Origin: the human T2T-CHM13v2.0 reference genome, Homo sapiens
Assembly: GCF_009914755.1 (NCBI RefSeq)
Contig: NC_060935.1
Reading direction: 5' to 3' (one strand)
DNA: 64,000 nt
A program made the translations under genes and the position numbers. Positions 55,235 through 64,000 of this stretch are shown here, in pieces (position 1 is the stretch's first letter; each line of letters opens with the position of its first letter). The notes under the pieces were generated by a model that saw only the letters and a list, made by a program, of their open reading frames with translations, was not told where the DNA came from and searched no databases.

Positions 55235-56189
55235 TTAAACACCTTTGGATGATGTAAAGGTATAGATTGAAATAAAGTCCTGATTGAGATGGACGTTGGA
55301 ATTCTTGATGTGATTTCCCAAGAACTCTGGGAAACGGATTCATTTTCTAATTCTGCAGCACCTAATTCAGAAATGTTTTCATAGCAAATGCTGTAGACTG
55401 CAGAGACCGAAAGCAGTGGTTTAGGACTTCGTCACGGTGTGAGTTTACTGTGCACTCTATAATCATATTGTGTACTTGTATAATGCTGAGATTGATGAGG
55501 TATAACTGCTCCTGGCTGAGGTATTTGGCAACACATACATACAGGAATGGTCAAGCCTTATATTCTAATGTACAGTCTGAGGGGAGTGAATGATGTTTCC
55601 AGAGACTCTAATGTAAACTTATTCATTCCTATATTCTCATGAACAGCCCTGTGTTCAATGGTGAGATTTGGGTCCAGGGAACTTGCATCTCCTGTCTTGA
55701 AAAATGTTGGTGATCTCTCTATAATATATTCTGATCGTGTCTCTTCTTAAAACAAATAAATCCTGTTATTTGCTTGACTGCCGTTATTGCCTAGTATTTA
55801 ATATTTAATATTTACAACTGGCAGGTACCAAGCAAGTGAAAGAGGACTTGTTTTTATCTGTTGGCTGATTTACAAAGGCTTCCTAACCCCCCTCCCTCCC
55901 AGGCTTCCCATATGCCATTTCTTCCTCTGTCTATGCTTCCATTTTTCCAATGATGTAAGAGATTCTACTGTTATGAGACAGCCATATGGAATCACAGAAT
56001 TAGTATTTCAGAGTTGGAAGGTAACTTAAAAGTCATCTAGTTTAGTGGAAGGATCTCCCTTTAATATTTTTTACATCTCCTTTCTTAAAAAGGGATATTC
56101 CTCCTCCGATGAGAGATAATATCCTAGTATAATCATCTTATCCCATGATTCCAGCTGACAGAGCAGAAAGATTGATATCACAATTAGTT

Positions 56190-56975
56190 ACAGTGTCATT
56201 TGATATAAATAGAGGGAGAGATAAAGATCTTCTTTATAGTAGAAAACCAATGACCTAATGTGGTAAGAATAATTAATTTGGAAAGTTATTATTTGGCAAT
56301 TATAATAATAATTCAGACAAGAATAATCTATGGATGCTAAAACTGGCAGATAAAATTGAGAAGTAATAGGATATGTACATAATTGCAAAGTTTCCATCCC
56401 TCCAAAAAATCATTATTAATTAGGAAGGTAAAATAATCACTTTATGGTTGAGTAGTCTGACAGACACTACCTTAACCAAATGATAAAAATTAACCTCACT
56501 AGTAATGGAACAAATTCACAGCAAGTACCTCCTGATATAATATACTAGAAAGAACACAGCATCATTTTGGAGTTGGTTCTGTCAAAAACACATTACCTGA
56601 ATCTAATCAGGAGAAAACATTAGACAAACTCAAACTGATGTATGTTGTACAAAGTACCCATCTTAAAATATTCAAAAACAATAATGTCCTGGAATACAAA
56701 GGACTCAGGAACTATTCCAGTTTTTAAAAAAAAGATAAATAACATTATGCAATATATAATCCTGGACATTTTGTGCTATAAAAACATTATTAGAATAATT
56801 GGGAAAAGCTAAAGAATACCTGTAGATTAGATGATAGTATTGTATCCATATTCATTTCCTGGTTTTGATAACTATATTATAGTTATATAAGGGGACACCC
56901 TTTGTTTTAGGAAATAAACTTTAAGTAAGATATGGGGAAAAGGACCACATGATTGCAACTCGTTCAGAATAAAGT

Positions 56976-57012
<37 letters not shown>

Positions 57013-57160
57013 ATTGGGGGAAGGATTAGAGAGAGAATGAGAGAGAGAAGGGATAAAACAAATACAATATGCTGATAACATTGGGAATGTGAGTAACAAA
57101 TATACATGGACTTTATGTTACCTTTTCAACTTTTCTGTAAGTCTGAAATTGTTTAAATCT
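56190..57160 (+). mobile_element. L1MC-type 3' region containing (CA)n at ~56978-57010
   Basis: 'gacagacactaccttaaccaaatgat...acctgaatctaatc...caacttttctgtaagtctgaaatt'. Confidence 0.7.
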
Positions 57161-59334
57161 TTAAAAGTCAATTTGATGAAACTTCTAGGAATGCTTTAAC
57201 AGAACAGAAAAACTAGAAATTATTTCTTTTGTGTTAAATTTTTTATTTTTAAAATCTGTCAATGTTTTATATTAGAATAAATAAATATTCTGATTCAACA
57301 GATACATTCTTACAATAAAATATTTATTTTTATTTAGTATATTTATTGCTGTTACGACTTGTGCAAAGATTAATTAAACTTATGTTGCATCAAGGTTATC
57401 CATACATTTCTCACTTGGCATTATAAGTTTGTGAAGTAAAATGAGAACTGAACTGAAAATCGGAAGACCTGGATTCTACTTTTGGTTCTTCCATTAACTA
57501 AAGAAATTTCTGAATCCAGGTGCTTAGCCTGTAAACCTGAGCCGTGGATGAAAAGTGAAGCAACTGGGAGAGAAGAGCTGGAATGACATTTTAATACACA
57601 TTAGAGGAAACTGTCAGGGAAAAATTCAAAGAGATTTTCTAAACCATTGTAACTTTACAAGTGATTATTATTTTTCAGTATTGCCATCTGTTTCTTTGTA
57701 GTGACAAGTGGCAACATGCTTAAAACAGAAGTGTGTATGTGTGTATGTGTGCATGTTAAAAGACAGAAGAGTGGAGGTTGTGAAACATATGGCTGTTTCA
57801 GCACTTGCCTGCCAAAAAGAGAAGGCCAGGAAAGAAAACATGGATATTGAAGACAGGAGTGACTGTTATGTGTCTTGGTTAACAGAACATTTAAAATTAC
57901 AACAACCTTGCTGTAATGGATAGTTATTACCTGTTTCAATGTCTATATTAGAGAGATAAAGGGAAATAAAGCCATTATTTATATTTTATATTTTAACATT
58001 CGACATGTTTAATATTACAATCCAACTATTACTTATCTGGAAGGAACTTCAGTGTTACAAAGACTTCTTGAAATTGAACAAATAAGTCTATTTTATTTCT
58101 AGATAGAGTAACTAGATTATAAATAAAATAAGTCTATTTTATTTCTAGATAGAGTAGCTGACTACCTGATTGCTTGTGAGGTACACTTACGGTTATCTCA
58201 TCTTAGAGGTTCTTGTATAGCACATCACAAATCACCTGTCACCAATGTGCCTTCACTGGGGCTCATTTAACATATTTTAATAGCTCATGCAGGCTCAGTG
58301 TGATGGCTTATAGTTTCCACTTGGAGAACTGATGTTCAATCACCTGTGTTGATAGGAATTGAAGGTAAGAGAAGGAAGGTAATAATCATTCCATTATGAA
58401 GTACTATTTTAGCTCTAAATATAGCTTTCTTTCTATTTACTTTTCTTTCTTTCTTTCTGTCTCTCTCTCTCCCTCTCTTCCTTCCTTCCTTCCTCCTTCC
58501 ATCTTTCTTTTTGTCTGTCCTTTGCTTCTTTACAAAAAGGACTTCATGTAGCTTAAAAGAAAAGGCAGACAACTTGGAAGTAAAATATAAGAAGAAACAG
58601 AAAACAAAATCAGGAAAAGAGAAACAAGAATACATTCATTATAAAATGTAACATTATTTCCATAAGCCAAATTTACCTACTTTTTCCCCAGCATTATGGA
58701 ACACAGAGATTAGAAGAAAAATAAATCGATTGTATTATGAGAAAAAAAGAAATGTACTCTTTCTCAGGTGGACAGATTTATTATTGTTACCTGAATTTCA
58801 ATGAAAATTCTAACATGGGCTTTCTATGACAGACACAGAAATACATCTACATTCCTTTTTTAATTAAATTAAATTAAGTTTTTTTTTTTTGAGAAAAAAG
58901 TACACATAACCTTCCAGGGATTTAATAATACAAGGAAAATATATATATTCCAAAGGAATCTGTATGCTAGAAAAATCTTGAAATCACACAAGACTGAATA
59001 CTAGAAGGATTACTTTAAACAGTACTTAAGTTACTTTGAGTTTTAATATTGATTGGCAGAAAATTAAAGATTATAATCTGCAGTAAGTAGGATTTTCTGA
59101 TTTCTCTCCTTTCCTTCTCTCCTTCCTTTATATATATATATATATATATGTATACATACATACATATATGTATACATATATATATACACACACATATGTA
59201 AATGCACTTTTAACCGGGACTATGATAGGAGAAAGCAAATGTGTTCTCTTAACTCTTTCAAAGGTTTAAAGAACAAAGAAATGTTTGGGGCGAAGGAGTG
59301 TGTCAGTGGTGTTAACAGAATCCTTACTACAAAA

Positions 59335-59491
59335 GAATTGAGCCCATGGAGGTTACAGTGAGCTATTATTGCACCACTGCAATCCAGACTGGGTTACAGA
59401 GCAAGACCCTGTCAAAAAAGAAAAAGAAAGAAAGAAAAGAAAGAAAGGAAAGAAAGAGAGAAAGAAAGAAAGAAAAGAAAGAGAAAGAAAG

Positions 59492-59558
<67 letters not shown>

Positions 59559-59612
59559 GAAAGAAAGGAAGGAAGGAAGGAAGGAAGGAAGGGAGGAAGG
59601 AAGGAAGGAAGG
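59335..59612 (+). repeat. Alu right-arm fragment whose tail expanded into a (GAAA)n(GGAA)n polypurine tract
   Basis: Alu 3' text to ~59414, then ~200 bp of pure purines. Confidence 0.9.
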
Positions 59613-59655
59613 TGCAATGTCTGCTAAATTACTCTATTAGTTACATTTAATTCTA

Positions 59656-59908
<253 letters not shown>

Positions 59909-60199
59909 TTACACATTATTTCTTATTCCTATCTTTAAGCCCTCCAAAAGTCAAAAAAAAATTAATTCTAAAGTATAGGGAAATACACCAACAGACAGAT
60001 ATTTTAAAAGAGCGAGGTTAAGTAGTAGATTGATTTGGAGTACATTTCGTTTCAACTTGCCTTGGCAGCAGCAGATGGGAAATTTTCTCAGGGAGTGGAG
60101 AGTCAAACTTCAAAATGTAATCAAAATCTTAAATCCAGCAAAGCTTTAAATGTTCTCATTTATTTCCCAGAGCAAAGCTTTTCTTGGGAAATACATTCC

Positions 60200-61096
60200 T
60201 CAGGGCTGATCTGATTTTACATCCTTATTCCTAAGGCTATAGATTAGTGGATTCAACATTGGGGTTACCAGATTATTCAATATCTGAATTATGGAACCAA
60301 GCAAGGCACTGGGATTGGGTTGTAGATAGATAACGATGACTGGCCCATAAGCACAAAGGATTGCAGTGAGGTGAGCGCTGCAGGTGGAGAAGGCCCGCTG
60401 CCTGCCCTCTGCTGAGCGGATTTTTGATATGGAAATCCCAATGCAAGTATAGGAAACAAGGATGAGAAAAAAGCAAATGAGAGACAAAAGACCAACATTT
60501 GTAAAACCTACCCTCTGGGCTAAGGATGTGTCCTTACAGGCTAGAGGTAACACTGCAGGAATATCACAGAAGTAATAGCCCACCTTGTTAGGGCCACAGT
60601 AAGGTAACTGGAAGGTGAGGGGAGTTAGGATCATGGCATGGACACAGCCAATCATCCAGGTCCCCGTGGCCAACATAAAGCACACCCTGTGGTTCATGAT
60701 GACCGTGTATCTCAAAGGAAAACATATGGCAACAAAGCGGTCACAGGCCATCACTGTGTAGAGGAAACACTCAGTACAGCCTAGGAAATGGTAGAAGAAA
60801 AGCTGGGACACGCAGCCTGCATACGAGATAGCATGGCTGTTCCCCGAAAGGTAGAACAACATCTTGGGAACAGTCGTTGAAGAGAAACCCAGGTCAAAGA
60901 TGGAGAGGTTTCCCAAGAAAAAATACATAGGAGTGTGAAGTCGAGTGGAGGAGATGATAGCTGTAAGGATAAGCACGTTTCCCAAGAGGGTGCATAAATA
61001 AAATGAGGAGAACAGGAATAAAAGGGCTGTCTCTAGGCCCTCTGTCTCAGGGATTCCCAGAAGGATGAATTCAGTCACCATTGTGTGATTTCTCAT
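60200..61096 (-). pseudogene. OR10D4P: OR10D4P: 298-aa open OR with a frameshift-truncated C-terminus (putative OR or pseudogene)
   Basis: All 7 TM motifs present (LHTPMYFFL, MACDRF, YYFCD, RAFSTCSAH, LNPLIYSLRNKDVK); ends abnormally in KSDQP. Strong acceptor cttttcacag| (exon starts 61124). Matches the recalled OR10D4 sequence. Confidence 0.85.
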
Positions 61097-61289
61097 TCCT
61101 GGGGAGGAATCAACTCTTGGGTGTCTGTGAAAAGAAATAAGTGGTTAAATTTAATATGCATGTAAATTACCTGTGTTTAGATGAATGAAATGGAAAAGAA
61201 GAAAGAGATCTAGATAGTTACAGAGGAATGCTTCCTGGTAGAATCATCTTGATCTGCCTGCTTTGCTCTGTACTGGATTCTGCAGTGGT

Positions 61290-61555
61290 TTCTTTTCTTG
61301 TTTGTAACTTTTCATTTTTACAGATTTAAGAGGCACAAGTGCATTTTTGTTACATGGATATATTTTGTTACATGGATATATTGCCAAGTACTGAAGCCTG
61401 GGTTTATAGCATACTCATCACCCAAATGGTGTACATCGCACCCAATAAGTAATTTTTCTTCCCTCACCACCCCCTCCCACCCAAATCAACTTTTAGAGTT
61501 ATTCTACTCTGTACGCCCACGTGTGCTCATTGTTTAGCTCCCACTTATAAGTTAG
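61290..61555 (-). mobile_element. L1PB/L1PA-old 3' end fragment, antisense
   Basis: 'ttttgttacatggatata...catcacccaaatggtgtacat...gctcccacttataag'. Confidence 0.75.
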
Positions 61556-62311
61556 AAGACTGCAGTGCAGGTTCTAATTGCAGATGCCTCTCATTTAATA
61601 ATTTTACCAAGAAGCCTTGCACGACTAGTCTTGTAGCTGCCATTCTTCATATTTACCATTAAATAGCATAAATTATATATGCTCTAAAAGGACAAATGTA
61701 AATACTTAATGTCTTTATAACAAGGTCTCATCCAAATTTCTTATATTCATCTAATACAATTTGGTTACGGTAACTCTCCAAAAGTTATTTATAATTCTGT
61801 AAGACATATACAAAACATAAAATATCTTTCCCTCATTGTCTCCCTGGCCATGAGGATCAACAGTGAGACATTATTCAAAAGAAGGATCTCAGATAGCTCT
61901 TAATGAACAGAAAATTACAATAACAAGTTCCTTATCCTCTGCAGTCACCTGAATTCAGTGCACATGAGTAACCGGTAGACTTCATTTCTGTCTCCAAAGT
62001 CTGTAATTGTCTAACCAGACCCAAGTTAAGCCACATCCTAATTTTGTGGCAGCAGAAGGTACAGGGGTAGCAGTAGTAAAGACTCCTTTCCAAGTTTCAC
62101 ACTTTAAAAAAATCTAATATATTTTTCTACTTGTTTTAATTTTTTTCAGCAGTGAGATCTATAAATTATAGATCAACCCATATATTCTATTACCTAAGAT
62201 GATTCCCTTTCTCTCTCTCTCTCTCTCTCTGTCTCTCTCATTTTTCCTGTAGATTGTGAAGGGAGGAAGGCAGTGAAAGCCAAGATAAAAAGTGAAGGGC
62301 AAAATGTGTGC

Positions 62312-62650
62312 ACTTACATGGCAAACAGAGAACATAATTGGCTGTTACTTGTGAATGTTGTCTTCCTTTCCTCCCCCAGCAGAAGGAAGGTTTGTGCCTA
62401 AATCCCCATCAGCCTAGAGTCTACAAGTAGGTGACTTGAATTCTTTTTTTTTTCAATCACTTTCAAATAGAATGCCACAAATCTAAATATGCACAGCTGC
62501 CTTACAGTAATTTCCTGTCTAACTCTAGGAACTGCAATCATTCCTCAATACAGGACATTTTAAATAACCTTGGTCTTCCCTGGGGTATTAATCCCTCAAC
62601 TCAAGGAACTTTTTAAGCAAGGGAGCAATTAACTACTTGGTATAATTACA
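62312..62650 (-). promoter_or_regulatory. Candidate OR10D4P promoter and first exon
   Basis: Donor AT|GTAAGT (rc 62312-62317); O/E site TCCCTGGGG (62577-62585) directly followed by TATTAAT; further HD sites CAATTA (62626) and TAATTA (62643). Confidence 0.5.
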
Positions 62651-64000
62651 CCTTAGAAATGAATGAGAGAAGAGAAGAGAGAGAGGGAGAGAGCGAGAAA
62701 GAGAGAGAGAGCCTGATTATTATCATTTCCTTTGTAAAATATACTTCTGTGGAAGAATATTTTTAAACATTCCTTTGACATATATATCACACATATTTAT
62801 TGTGTATTTTTATATTTACTGCTTTTCATATGTATATACTATTTTTTAATAAATAAATTATACCTTATTTTGCTACATAGTATTGACAGAATTGACTATT
62901 GCAAGCAACAGTAACTGGGGTAGCTTAGAGAACTAAAGAAACTAATGGAAAACTAGGCCCAGGAACGGTGGAAAGTAGGGCAGCTGGAGGGAACTTAGCT
63001 GTTAGAATTCATGGAGCAACCTCAGGGCACCGCCATCAGCCAGTTCTACCTCAGCTGCCTTTGCTTCTGTGTGCCTCACCCCAAGATTCGAATCTGACTT
63101 CCTTGGCTGAGTCACATGCCTATCTCTGTGAGCAGGGTATAGATTATGGTGGGATGGAGATGGGCAGTTCTCCAGCGGGGAGTGAAAGGGGCTATTGCCA
63201 GAAGAAAGATGGAAGAAATATGCTGGGAGTTCAAAATTAATGTTAAGCGATCACTTGTAGTATCTGTCCTTATACTACTTGACATCTATTAAAGCTTCTG
63301 AGTTAAATACTTTCAATACTCAATACATATTAGGGGTTGAGGTGGAATACAAACTTCCTCATTGAATACATTCTTTCATTTGTTTATTTATATATACATT
63401 TACTTTAACAAATGTTGAGTGCCAGTCATCTGTCAGCATTGATTATTTGCCAGGAGAGAGAAAGGTTGAGGGTAGGTGAGGTGGCTTAGACATTGTCTCT
63501 CTGCTCAAAAAACGTATAATCTATCTGGAAGAAAAATATATTTTACAGTTTTACTTAAACCTCAAAACTCTGGTGAAGTCCTCTACAGATGAGGCAAGTA
63601 AGGGTCAAAGAAGTTAAATCACTTTCTTAACTTGGAGGGAGTTTAGATTTGGTGTCTTCTTTAGGATTTTGGCCATAAAGTTTCAGTGTTTAAGGAATGT
63701 TTAGGTAGTTGCACTATTCCAAATACATCTGGAATTTTTATATGAAAAGAAAACTGTTTTGCTGCACATCTAGCAAATGACAAGAGTAGAAAATTCAATA
63801 ATTCTGCCATTCTATTTATCTTTGATTATCTTTAATGTTTTGAAACATGACTAACTTGAAAAAATAGTTTGTACCAAAAAAAAAAGAGGAAATAAACTTT
63901 TAACTAGCAAGTAACAGCTCATGAAATTTACCTGGTCTAGTAAAAAATGTATTCAGGGAAGTCAAATGCCATGGACTATTTTAGATCTCCAAATAGAATG

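Noticed and set aside
58080-58156. Repeat-spacer-repeat layout resembling a minimal CRISPR array
   Set aside because: Only two copies with a 15-bp spacer, no cas genes, and mammalian context; better explained as a local duplication.

Overview
Primate (human-like) genomic DNA, AT-rich and dense in repeats, from a class II olfactory receptor (OR) cluster. I recognise it as the human 11q24 OR10G/OR10D region. It holds one intact OR (OR10G7, minus strand, 4677-5612) and three OR10D-type loci at different stages of decay. The first (21403-22342, likely OR10D5P) is broken by one extra T in a T7 run. The second (OR10D4P, 60200-61096) has its C-terminus cut short by a 5-bp tandem duplication; removing it restores a 311-aa OR. 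The third is a heavily eroded OR10D-like fossil at 48951-49889 that the ORF track shows only as fragments. The rest is mostly L1, Alu, L2/MIR, ERV LTRs (LTR1-like, MER52 nested in MER51-like, MER21-like, MLT1) and a MER1 hAT element. Non-coding candidates are a pair of Lhx2/Ebf-like composite motifs (possible OR enhancer, ~17.5 kb), a strong CTCF site (~38.1 kb), an RFX/EBF cluster with a splice donor upstream of the fossil OR (~53 kb), and a short L1 insertion with an apparent 3' transduction (~28.5 kb). I see no prokaryotic-type system, CRISPR array or novel protein family. Repeat subfamily names and repeat boundaries without TSD support are by eye and approximate.
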